A stretch of DNA of 63,223 nucleotides, filler included, from Craspedostauros australis (lineage: Eukaryota): assembly GCA_030167865.1 (NCBI GenBank). It is 10 parts of 10 records of this genome, joined end to end, with 100 filler letters (N's around TTAATTAATTAA, not from the genome) between each part and the next. Parts side by side here need not be neighbours in the genome. Positions count along the whole stretch, not along the records: positions 26,161 to 36,432 come from JALAGF010001384.1; positions 36,533 to 47,390 come from JALAGF010001388.1; 8 more parts are not named here. The stretch is one strand, 5' to 3'. How positions within the stretch are numbered: position 1 is the stretch's first letter; each line of letters opens with the position of its first letter. Below, one piece after another: positions 32,970 to 45,084 of this stretch. The notes under the pieces are model-generated. The model made no database searches and was not told the DNA's origin. It saw nothing but the letters and a program-made list of their open reading frames with translations. Position numbers and translations under genes: made by a program.

Positions 32970-34148
32970 TTAGTTGGACACGAACTCTTGGACCATGTTG
33001 GCGAAATACTGATGCCACCTGTGATCCTGAGTGAGCTCTGGATGGAAGGCGGTGCAAAGGATATTCTGCTTGCGAACGGCGCTGATGACTTCTCTCGAGT
33101 TGGTGCCATCCGCGGCACCCGGCAACGAAATGCAGTTCTGCTCCTTCTCGTCTTCCTTCTTTTCCTCTTTCGAATCCTCGTGCGACTTGACGACGACGCG
33201 GTACGTGATTTCCTGTGACGACTTGCGTTCCAAAGCATCGACAACCCCCATCATGATGACATTCTCGCCGTTGCGAATCTTGCGTTCCAAATCCTCCAGG
33301 ACGACGGCCGCCTGTCTGCACGGTGTCGCGAAGACCTTGCCGAGCACTTCGACGCCTTTTCCAGCTGACAGGATCGCAGGCGCGCGGATGAAGACGCCGG
33401 GGTAGGTCTCCTCGGGATCTCCGATGGACGGCGGAGGCGGCGTGGGCATCTCGAAGGACGAGACCTGCGACCCGAAGTAGTTGCGGCAGACCAAGATGTC
33501 CACGCCACCGATCAAGGTCTGACCGTTCTCAATGACGGCGCTGGCTCCCACGCACTTGTCGGACAGCAGAATCATGCCAGCGCAGGTTCCCCAGGTTGGC
33601 TTCGTGGCTGTGAATTCCTTGAGCGCGTCCCACACGTTCTTGCCATCCGGCGTTGCTGCTGACGTCCCGATGAGGCCCATGGCCGTGGATTCGCCACCTG
33701 GCAAGACGATGCCGTCGATGCCCTCCAAATCGGTCACAGTTCGGACCTGTTGATTGCGTGATTACGCGTGCCATGAGTTGAGAACAGAGGGATTGATCGT
33801 GCGCAGCAAGAGCAAGGAAAGATGCAAAGGCGGGGTGAGCAAATTGGCGGCGGCAGCAGCAGCTTCATCAACTGACTGATGCACTCTCATTGATTACATC
33901 ATATTATTGTAGAATATGGTATTACATAATATTTCACGACGAGAGCAGCAAGTCCTGTACAGATATGCAGTTGACAGATGGAAGAAGATGGAGCATCGGG
34001 CACGAACCTGCTTGGTCTTGCAGCCGACGGCCTCCAGACTCTGCTGATGCTCCTCGAAGGCACCCTGGAGGGACAAAACGCCGATCAGGACATCCTTCTT
34101 CGTGCCGTTTGTTGCTGCTGCTTCTGTGGCTGTTGCTGTTGACGCCAT
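32970..34148 (-). CDS. PDX2: Pyridoxal 5'-phosphate synthase glutaminase subunit; 2 exons
   Basis: Exon 1 34148-34008 (IGVLSLQGAFEEH), intron 34007-33747, exon 2 33746-32970 (PGGEST, WGTCAGMI, RNYFGSQ, FIRAP, FHPEL). Confidence 0.95.
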
Positions 34149-34894
34149 GGTGATGTTGCAACTCTGCTGATGGCGATGATGCCGATGATGGCGATGATGC
34201 CGATGTTGCTGATTCTGACTCGGTGCTCGCGACTTTGTAGAGATTTGTGGTTGATGCCAAGGAGAAAGATGATTCGCCCAAGACGAGAAAGACGAGGAGG
34301 GAAAGTTGGGCTGGTGGCGAGGAACACCATGACGACGATGGTGGTGGTCGCGGTGGCGGTCGTGATGGCGAGGCGGAGATCGGAACGATGTTGGGTTCTC
34401 GAATTGTGAGTGTTTGGAGAAGTTCGCACGGGTTGACGCACGGACATACATGCACGTTTCAGAAGTGGTCGATTCGATCCATCGGCTTCGTCCTGAGCGT
34501 TGTATCGTCTGTACTTCGTACGATACTTCTATTGAGGTTTAACTAAGTACATTTCCCGAAGTTCCAGCCGCGTATCTTTCGCCACAACCAAAGATCTGCT
34601 GCGTTGTGGACGAACCAGTGGTGAAAGAAAACGCACGCACCTGGGAGCAACGGTAAAAAATGAAAATTACCATAGGTCAGAAAGTAAGCTGAAATGAAAC
34701 ACGTACGCTACGGTGGCTTGGACTGGATAGCATGATCGGGGCAACCAGTGTTGGAGCGCAGAGAGCGAAGCAGCTCACAAACCCGAGAAGCACCACTCCT
34801 GTGTTGTTGGCAACTGCTGGTTTTGCTGATTAAGTGTGCATTTGTTCGTGTTGTGGTTGATTGACTTGTGTGGGACTATTGATGTGTGGAGTAT

Positions 34895-36042
34895 TTAAGG
34901 TGCCATTGGGGTTGTTGCCTTTGGGCGTCTGAGTGAGCGTTTGGTGTTTCTCTTCGGAGTCGCAGAGGTGGCAGAGTTCTGTTGTTTGGGGCACAACACA
35001 GTTGCAGCGTTCATGACAAAAGACACTGGATCAGTATCGTCTCCTTCGTTCTTCACGTTGTAACCAAAGTTTGTGTTGATCTCAGTGCACTCGAGCGGAT
35101 CTTCGTCATGCGCAACATCTTTGTATTGCTCGAAGCGATCAACGAAGTTCGGTACCACCTTGGANNNNNNNNNNNNNNNNNNNNNNNNNNNNNNNNNNNN
35201 NNNNNNNNNNNNNNNNNNNNNNNNNNNNNNNNNNNNNNNNNNNNNNNNNNNNNNNNNNNNNNNNNNNNNNNNNNNNNNNNNNNNNNNNNNNNNNNNNNNN
35301 TTGCTGTCCTGTGTGTTCTCATCTGTCTGTGGCAAGTAAGTTGCTGCATCGAAAAATCGCACATCGACCTTGAGGGAGAGCTCCAAGAATTGCTGTGCAC
35401 TCTCCTCCACAATTTGGAATGCCACATTCTCCCAGTGCATGAGGTACGGGCAGTGGTAGTGGATTGAAAAGCCATGACGCTGATCAGCTTGATTTGCAGT
35501 TTTGGTTGGTTTGTCCACACTGATGGGCATAAGATGCAGGCCCCCCAAGACGAGGGCCTTGAATTCCTGGCCCAATGGGTTGACGGTCATCTTCTTCATA
35601 TTTTTTGTCAATTCGCCGACTTCGCCAAAATCGATCTTCCTTGGTCCCAATTCGTGTTCGTTGGTGTTCGCTGGTTGGCTGGTGGTGGTGGTGGTTGTGT
35701 TGCGACGCTTCTCGTCGAAACGCGCGCGCTTGTTGGATGGACCGGCTTGTGGTGGCGCTGTCACCAAAGGAGTGTCAACGAGCGTCTCAGAAAAACGAAC
35801 AACAGGAGAATGAACGGATCTGGCTGCTGCGATCTATGTGCTGGCTTGAGGATCTGGTTCAAAGGATGCCTCAGAGATGGGACTTCCAAGAGTTGTGAGA
35901 TGCCCTGGAGTGAGGTCTGCGTTGTTGTTAGTGTTATTGTTGCTGTTGTTGTTGTTGTTGTTGGCAGTGGTGCTGGTGGTGCCACTATCGAGATCGATGC
36001 TCTCCAAGCTGATATCACTTTCGTGATTGTTGTCAACGAAGC

Positions 36043-36078
<36 letters not shown>

Positions 36079-36432
36079 TCTCTCCAAATGCGTCGCCTGG
36101 TTGAATGGCCAAGCCACTGCGCTCTGTTGCTGTGATGTCCCTGTTCCTGTCTGGTGTAGCAGGGAGGCCAGCTCGGCGTTTGAAGTCAGTTGGCAGGCCT
36201 GAACGAGAATGGAAGCAGTAGTAGCAGCAACAGCATGTGAGTTTGATCAGGCATGCTTGTGACACAGCAATCCAACTCGTGTACTTACGCTGATTCTTCC
36301 CTTCCCTGTGGAGCTTGAGACGATTGATGCAGCTTCTGAAGTTGCCATGCAGGTTGTTGCGGTTGTAGTTCTTGCCTGGTGGTGCCTGGATCCAGTCAGG
36401 ATGGTTGGTGATGAACTGTTTGAAGTTGGGGG
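34895..36432 (-). pseudogene. Hypothetical intron-containing gene with one in-frame TAG; 5' end in gap
   Basis: Exon ...NLHGNFRSCINRLK.. splices in frame (intron 36288-36199, GTAAGT...CAG) to the acidic/Asn-rich ORF 36198-35837. After TAG at 35836-35834 the same frame continues into ORF 35767-34895. Confidence 0.5.
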
Positions 36433-36532
36433 NNNNNNNNNNNNNNNNNNNNNNNNNNNNNNNNNNNNNNNNNNNNTTAATTAATTAANNNNNNNNNNNN
36501 NNNNNNNNNNNNNNNNNNNNNNNNNNNNNNNN

Positions 36533-36811
36533 AAAGGTCGACACGTTGGACCAGATGGCTGACATATTCACCAAGCCCTTGGCACGCCCACTATTCGAAT
36601 CTCTGCGATTGCGATTATTGGGATGGTAAGCGCGGTCCGCCCGTGCCACCGACAAGAGGGAGTGTGCAGATTTAGTGCCAATTCCCGAATCTGGCCGAAT
36701 CCGAACAATGAGTGTCGATGGACAGACGATACCGCACAAACCACGCGTAGGATCCATGTTGAGCAAATGACCGCTCCGCACAGTCATAATTTTCAGAACA
36801 GACAGGTTTCA
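36533..36811 (+). mobile_element. Ty1/copia 3' end: RNase H C-terminus, PPT and start of the 3' LTR
   Basis: KVDTLDQMADIFTKPLARPLFESLRLRLLGW* (stop 36627-36629), purine tract AAGAGGGAG 36654-36662, then TG at 36663. The LTR end is uncertain. Confidence 0.85.
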
Positions 36812-39800
36812 CCCCCCCAACACCTCCGGTCACGTGAAAAACCTGCACAACATGTCATCCTTCCCCAATCATGCCATCACCAAGATGCGATGCACAATGT
36901 CATTGACAAACCATCCACGAGCATCTGTGTCGATACTCTTCCGAGACTTTCCCATCTACTCTATCATCCAATCACTCAACTGCACGGTGATGACTATTCG
37001 TCGGAGTGTTCGCCTCCGCGGCTTCAGGTTCCTCAACGAGCACAAGGCCTGCATAAAGTGTCTGCCTCTGGGGCTTTCTTGGGTGCGCACGAACCTGCGT
37101 GCAACCCGCGGATGCTCAGCGACATCCAAACCAGTCCTCGCATGCAGGCTTCGGGACATCACGCATCATGAGAACCTTCGCTGGCTTTGGAGTCTCCACT
37201 TCGTTCTCTCGCGAGAGAATGGAGGCATCGCCATTCTCGGCGACATCGGATACGATCTGCCACACACGAGCAGATCATGCGACCTGCACGGGCTGCTTCT
37301 CGCGGAAGCAAGTCGCCATCGTGGTATGACATGACATGATATAGCGTAGTATTGCATAGCATAGCATCGTATGCACCATGGTGATGCTCTGGTCATGCTG
37401 TCCACGATCGGCGTCCCTTCTCATGGCAGCGGTTGTTCCCTCCCTCCACTCATGCGTCATCCATCATGCATCGAAGACGCCAAAACAACCACACAAGACA
37501 GGACAAGGCAAGGCAAGGCAATGCAACAACGGGATCAAAAGTGCGCCCGCAACGCATGTTGATGGACGAGGCAGCCGCCAAGACCAAAGCCCGTCCCAAC
37601 ATCCCAGCCTCTGCCACTGTTCGCACGACAGCAACGAGGACAACAGCAACCGCGAAACGCATCATGTCTCAGGTACTTCGCACCCACAACTACCTCCGCG
37701 CGCTGCGAGTGCCTTGTGTTCAACATGAACCCGCCACAGAGCAGAGAAGAGTGTATGCACAAGGACGAGTGGATCGTGCGAGTATAGTAGATCGTACGAG
37801 CATGGTGGCGTGTGGCGTTTCATGCGACGGCATGTTCCCTCCAACCAATCTCGCTTCAACCAACAAGCGACATCCCAAAACGGAGTTTCGCCATCCTCAT
37901 CACGGTTCTCAACCTTCCTATCACTTCCCCGCCATGCGCGACCGATTCATACTCGCATGTTGATTGGAGATACTTCGTAATTACTATTGCCAGCAATGAG
38001 GCAGAGCATGCCGATAGCTCGTCCACGCACCCCACGAATGAATTGGATGGATGAATGAATGAATGGAACGATGCAAAGACCTGCACAACAAAATCAAGGG
38101 ATATCATCGCCAAGCCGCCCGTTCGCTCCTTCAATCCATTCCTTCGGCGACGCCAGCGCCAATGCCATACATCACGTGATTGTTCGCCTCCTCTCTTGCA
38201 ACTTCTACACTTCTGCGCGCTTCACCTGCAAGACACTCACCGCCGTCTTCTTCTCCTTTCCGCCATTCTCATTCCTTTGCTCCAGCACGGGTGCCGCTGC
38301 TATTCCTGCTGTATCGAGCGCAAAGGTTTCTGTGATCGTTCGCACCATCATGTCGAGGTTAACACTTTTGTGATGGGTCGAACCCGCGCCCATGCCAAAA
38401 AGGGTAGGAGAGCCCGCACCCATCCGCCACAACAACCATGTTGCAAAGCAGGCGTGAACGATAAAAGCAAGCCGCGAGTCTCCGATGAGCAATCGAAGGC
38501 AGGGCAAGAGCGAGTGAGCGTGTGGTACGAGCTGGTACAGTGGAAATGATACTCTCCAACATCTTGCTCAGAGACAATTGGAACAGAACGAGCAGCAATG
38601 CCAGGTCTTCTGCTCTCCTCGCCACGGAACCGACAATGTATCGTTCGCAATGCTCTTCATGTCCACCAAACTCCATCGTCTGTCGTTCCATCTGCCTTTT
38701 GGTGTCTATCACCTGGGGGCGCGACCTTGTTGCAGAATGCTGTCCGAACGAATGATACCGCGAGTGCCACTGCTCCAACGAATTGTGGTACATCGGCCAG
38801 GTGTGGAGCGGAGAGCATCGTATCGCGCGCAAGCACACAGGAGAGGATCTAAACGAACTAACTACGTGAGTGGAGTATAATAGGTCGTGCCGCAACAATA
38901 CATCAATCCGAACGCGGATTCTTGGCCGTCAGTGCTGTTGTTGTCGTTGCCGCTCGCTGGCGGTTGGCGTCGGTGTTGGCGTCACACTCATTTGTTACGC
39001 ATGTTCGACTCCATCTCCACAACAACATCCATGGAGGAACAGAAGCAGCGCCGTTGGCACTACCACCAACTTGTCCCCGCGATCTCTTTGGGTCGTCCCA
39101 TCCGGCCAAGAAGGATGGTGAGAGATACGGACAAATCTCTCAACATCTCGGGTGGGAGTGTTGTCCCTCATGGCTGAGAGTGATGTTCCTGCGGTATTAT
39201 CTCATTTTGTCCAACTGGTGCCGTTGTTCTCATCTCGGATTGCTTTTCGTCTTCCATCCACCAAGACGCAGATGCCCGCACCGCAGCATTTCTCGGACGA
39301 GTTTGGTGCTCCGCTCGTTCATACAACGCGCAGAACGTGCCCGACATCTTCGTCTCAGAAACTGCTGATGCGTTTTGCCGTCATCACACCTCATCTCATC
39401 CATGAGACTCCGCTCTAGAGTACTCGATGCTCTCCTCAATGCTCTACGGCCTACGAGCTGCGCACTGAACTCCGCACCGGTTCGCCACCCCATTGTTTCC
39501 GTTTGTCTCGTTTTCGCTATGCTTCTGCATGACGAATACACTTCCTTGCGGTTCCGTTGCCGCTACTGTTGCTGTTGCTGTTGTTGTGAACGTCAGAATG
39601 GCGTCTGGGTGCTCCTACCCGTGCCTCCCGCACACTATCCCCTGCCATGACCCCATGCCATGGTGTCTCCATCCCGTTTTCTCAAGCTCGACACATCACA
39701 AACTCCTCGTGCGCAACGATGCGAGGACGAATCTTGCCCATCACCTGGGATCGGAGGCGCCTGTCTCTTGTTTCCGGCCGAAATCCGAAGTCGGTATAGG

Positions 39801-41246
39801 ACAGGACAGGACAGAGTAACTGTGCGATACCCTTACAGTTCCAGTAAGTTGACGATGGCCCGCCTGCACGTCTGTTTGTTCTGCGACGCTCAAGTAGTTG
39901 CCCCGAGCATGCGCGCCTCGGCTTCTCCTGGCTCTCTCTCCCTCTGCTTCAACTTTTCTCCTCCGCCCTTTCGTGCTTGTTTTGCGTTGCGAAATGGCTT
40001 GGCGCCTCTTCCGACGCCGGTGTCGGTGATTGGGCGCAGATCTCTGCCTCTTGCTCGCGACATTTTGCGCTTTGGCTCGTTCGTTGTTGGTCATGTTTTG
40101 CGCAGTCTGTGTTCGCTGCTCTGTGGTGGTTCATGATCAATTAGTGACGGTTAAGAGTAAAGACCAACAAGTGATCATACGAAGGAATGACATTGAGTTC
40201 GCATGCTTGCGCAAGTTCTCGTTTCTGTAACGCCCAAAGCGATGCCGATCGCTCTCGCGAATAGAAAACCGTTGGTCCCGCCGCGCTCGGTGTCAACCAC
40301 CGATTGTCACGTGAGTACGCAGAAGCGACAACACGGAGAACTAGACTGTTAACTCATGTGGTTGAAGCATCATTCGACGTCGAATACGAAGAAACAGGAA
40401 TTCGTTGCGGTACTGACAGACAGTGAACACAAAATGACTGCAACTGGACATACTCTTAAGCTGTGAATCGCGAGTCGGTAAGTATCTTGAAACGGCTAGT
40501 CGCGTCTCGATACCTTCTCGCTGTTCTACAGTTCTCAATGACAACCCGAAACTTGAACAAAACGCACTTCTGACAACAGGAGATGCACGGTTAATTCCTC
40601 CGCTCGAGACGGGTTCATAGCACCCAGTTCCACAAAGGCAACACAGTCCGTGATACTCGCTGCCTCGCGGACCAGAGCAATCACGAAGATTCGCGGACTC
40701 GCGTGCACGGCCCCAGTATTTGCGCACACTGGTACTGTATTTCCCATGCGAACACCAAGAATGGGAAGAACAAATGAGGTGATGATGGGCGAACAATCCA
40801 TCCCAGACACGGCCCCATACCCAGTTCCTCGAGGGTCATTTGGGGGTTCAAAACGCCGCCGAGAGTATCAGTGCGGACATCCCCTTCAACCACGTGGCAA
40901 AGCACTAATGTGCGGGCCACAAGACCGCGTCCAAAAGCGCGTGAAGCAGGTCGCTCTCGAGTTCGGGAACAAATCACCCGCCAAGACCACACAAGTGTTT
41001 GCAGGTTCTGTATGGTCTCAGTGTGGTTACTGTGTGGTCTCTGTTTGCTCTCGGTGCGGTCTCTGTTTGCTCTCAGTGCGGTTACTGCGTGGTCTCTGTG
41101 AAGCCTCTCTCTCGCTCTCCATCTTCCCACAATTCCAACCCAGGACCAACCACCACACCAAACACACCAAACACACCAAACACACCAAACACAACATCAC
41201 CATCATCATCATCAACTTCATCCAAGCAAACCACAAAGACACAAAA

Positions 41247-41883
41247 ATGAAACAAGTTCAATTCGATCTGTTGGCCAGCGCCTCCTCGTCCCACTGCGGC
41301 AGCATCCACATCCTCACGCCAGCAACAATCGCAAGAGCAACAACTGAAGCAGGTGAAGAGACGCAGCCAACGCACCCACGCAAGCAGAAGCAGCCACAGC
41401 AGCAACAGCAGACATCCAACAAAGATTGCGACATGGCCATGTCAGCAGCTTCGCCACCAATGGCAGAACGATCTCAATCACAGGCATCTTCATTCATGCT
41501 CGGCACACCACCACTGTAAGTGCACAATCGCAATGAGGCTCCCTTGTGTGCTGCCTCTCCTTCTGCTGTTGCTGATGTTACATACAATACACATCATTCT
41601 GACGCAAACTTCTGCCTCCCTTTCTTCCCCCTTGCTCGTCCTCAACAACAACAACAACCATGACAACAACCGTGACAACAACAGTGCCCGACCAGCACGC
41701 ACCGGCAGAAGACTGCGACGTTTCGGAAGCATGTCATCAACAAGGCGGTGTCGTGAGCTTGCCACGTTGATCGACCAAGCATTGACGATCGCAGAGGAGC
41801 ACGAAGAGAGTTTCGACCGCATGCGGGCAGACACCCCACCAGCGCAGCCTCTCGTCCAGCCTCTGCGTCGTGGATACTGCTAG
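41247..41883 (+). CDS. Small hypothetical protein; 2 exons
   Basis: ATG 41247 after a CA-rich leader. Intron 41516-41684 (GTAAGT...ACAG) joins in frame to ARPARTGRRLRRFGSMSSTRRCRELATLIDQALTIAEEHEE...*. Confidence 0.45.
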
Positions 41884-43157
41884 AGACCATGGCAACAACG
41901 GCAACAACCGCCACAACGCCAACAACCACAGCGGAGCAACGCCAGCCCGCCCCTTTTTGTACACATCTTTCAACCAACCACAATCTTGCCCATTTGGGGC
42001 CCCAGCTCTCACGAGAGCACACATCATCAATTCAAGCAACAGATGAACAGTCACCAACAATCACCTCGCGACAGCAGCAGCATGTGCACGCGGTGTTGGC
42101 AGACCCCATTTTGATCAACAGGAATCGCACCCGCAAAAGCACACAAGCAGAAGCAGCAATCACCCCACCACAGAAAGCACCACGGCACGAGAAACACGGT
42201 GAACATCTCACAACAGAGACATCGTCGCCGCTCGGTGCACAGGAGAGGAGATTCGCGACGCCAACCCAATTTTACAACAGCCACAAGGCAAACAACAAGC
42301 ACGAGCAAAAGCGCCAAGCACAAAGCAAACAAACGATTTTAAGAGGCGCATCCCGCCAGCAACGCGCAACATTTTTGAACACAAACTAGAGAAACAGCAC
42401 ACAATTTTTAACACAAACAGCAAGCACCATGCACTCTTCGTTCTGCCCAAAGCTCATTGTTCCCATTTCTCTGTGTTCCCAGTGATAGTCGTGCGTGCAC
42501 TACTGTAATTCAACACCAAAACAGGACAGCACTCTCTCATCCCATTATCCCGGCCTGCTGGAGTGTCAGCGCGTCAGAGCGCAGTTCGTGCTGCCAAACC
42601 TTCAGTCTTAGCAGACACATTTGACGCACAATGCTCCCGTCCGCGAAGACACACCACCCCAGCCCCCATACCATGTTACTCCGACTTGTGCTTGTCGTTG
42701 CGTTTCTCGGGTTCCGAGCCTCTCTCCGGTTGACCCACGTCTCGTGTTTTTCCGGATACCGCATCTCTGCGTCCAGCTTCAGCAGATGGTGTGACAGCGG
42801 GAACAGCTGGTCTTGGTGGGAACCAGGATTCCCATTCGTTTCATGTTCGTTGAGGATCACGTCCAAACACAACAACGCGATTTGAGACATGCTCACCAGA
42901 GATATCCTGGTCATTGTATCCGTGGTACTTTCACAAGGGAACATCGTTCGATGCCGTCAAAGAATCCCTTTGTTTGGCGCCAAAGCGCCAGTGTGAACCC
43001 TTGTTTGGCTTCCGACAAACATCGTGGCATAACAACACGCGCGCCAAGAACACTGCCAACAGAACAAGGAGACAGATCGAGAGAGGAAGAAAGGATCGGA
43101 GGATACCAGAAAGACGAACAAGAGGGAGGGAGCATTGCAATCCACGGAGCAGAAAGG

Positions 43158-44750
43158 ATGAGTCTGGTGTACTCGGGGAAGGCACCAGCGCCAGGGCAGC
43201 GGCGTCCTGGGATCTACATCGGGGGGAAGGCAGATGCCAAGTCGCTGGACAAGCTGGAGCGGTGGAGGATCTCGCACATCCTCAATGTGACACCCACGAA
43301 GGAGGCGTCCATCAAGGTACATACAATGTCACGCAATGCAATGCGCACCATGCCAACCTATGCCACGCTTGCATGTGTTGCACAGGATGGTGTCTTGCTT
43401 GGCAACGCTGCGCTGTTCACAGAGAGTATTCTCACTCGATATGTTCTGTGCACATGCTTGCATCCACCCTCAAAACGCCTCTCATGTGGGACGTTCCGCC
43501 CACGATGATGATGGTGATGACGACAACAACAACAGCAACAACAACAACAACAGTCAAGACTACGACAATACGTACGCCGATATATGCGCCGATACCATTC
43601 GCATCGCATCATGCCAGGGCCATCCACTCACCTTACCCACGCCTACCCGTCTATACTTCTCCCCACCTGAATCGTTTGACGGCCTATCACGTCCTGCTTC
43701 CTTCTCACTCGCTGCTGACTCCATCGGGATGAATTCACATGTGGCACTCTACTCTACTCTCTTCTATTTCACGCCATACGCTACTCGATGATTCTTCGCT
43801 CTCTGCACTCCAACATCTCCCTGTGGTTGGTTGGGTTGAGACTGCTCTTGGAATGCTCGCCCACGCACAATGCGTGATGCATGGTGCATGGTGCACGATA
43901 CCAACAAACGGGATGGCACTCAATGGTATGGTACCATATTTGTGACAATATCCGACAATTCACAACACCGTGCACAAATTGAATCGAACGAAACGTCATG
44001 AACCCATCCATGCACTCTTCTTTACTCCACTCTCCCGCAATTCCGCAACGTGCCGTTCACACGTACGAGTAGGCCGGTGTAGCCAACTACTTTGAGTCAT
44101 CGAATCGGTTCGTGTACAAGCGCGTTTCGGTCTACGATGTTTCCACATCCGCGCAGGATCTTCAGCACCAGGCGAAGGATATCGTCAAATTCATTTCCAA
44201 CGGCCTCCATCATGGCAGCGTGCTCGTCCATTGTGCACAGGGCATGTCCCGCTCGACGACGTGCGTCCTCTTCTACCTGATGGACAAGCAGGGCTATGGC
44301 CTGCAGGAAGCGTTGCAGATGGTGCAACGCAGACGCCCGACAGCGCAACCGATATCAGCTTTTATGGACATGCTGCAGGACTACGAGGCATCTGTGAAGC
44401 GAAAGCGCAAAGCAACCGGAACTGCAACTACAACCACACCCGCAACGCTTGGAGATTCATCGCCGTCGAAGAGCACCAAGAAGCAAAGAATGGGCGCAAC
44501 CATAGGGCCATCAATAGGGCCGCCAATTGGACCATCGATTGGACCTGCAACAAAGGCGCCATCACCAAAAGCAGATCAGCCAACAGATGAAAGCAAGGCA
44601 ATCGGCCCGTCGCCTCCTCCCACTGCGTCGAACAATGGCACGGCATCAAAAACCACCTCCGGCATAGGACCTGCAATGCCACCAACTACAGATGATGCCA
44701 GCAGCAAGAAATCGATCGGTCCATCCTGGCCACCTCCTGGTGATAAATGA
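43158..44750 (+). CDS. Dual-specificity protein phosphatase with IGP/Pro-rich tail; 2 exons
   Basis: Exon 1 43158-43316 (IYIGG...ISHILNVT), intron 43317-44072, exon 2 44073-44750 (VYD, VLVHCAQGMSRS, YLM, RRP.AQP). Confidence 0.9.
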
Positions 44751-45084
44751 GAAGCGAGCTTCACCAGCGCACACTTGAACAACATCATGTGGATACCTAT
44801 ACCGGGCGTGTATGAGCATGATATGGGGGATAGCGAGGGATCTGTTCTGCACAAAAGACAGCATCTCACAAGGGATTGGACATGGGCAAGGATAGGGATC
44901 TCTTCAGGAATGTCGCTGTCGCTGTATCGTCGGGTTCTTGTGGATGGTACCAGCAGCACAACAACAAGACGAGGGGGACCAAGAACAGTGCCCGCTGAGA
45001 CTGTTGCCATCTGGCGTACGAGCCACTCAACTCTTGCTGCAGAGTACTCTGCTCTGTCAATAAGACGAGTAGTGTGTGAATCAA

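Noticed and set aside
1067..34148. Vitamin B6 cluster (pyridoxal-reductase-like AKR + PDX2)
   Set aside because: About 31 kb apart with many unrelated genes between them, and the AKR substrate is unproven.
36830..41200. Numerous short ORFs in a ~4.4-kb stretch
   Set aside because: No motifs, coding bias or consistent splice model found by eye; probably intergenic or UTR, though small genes cannot be excluded.
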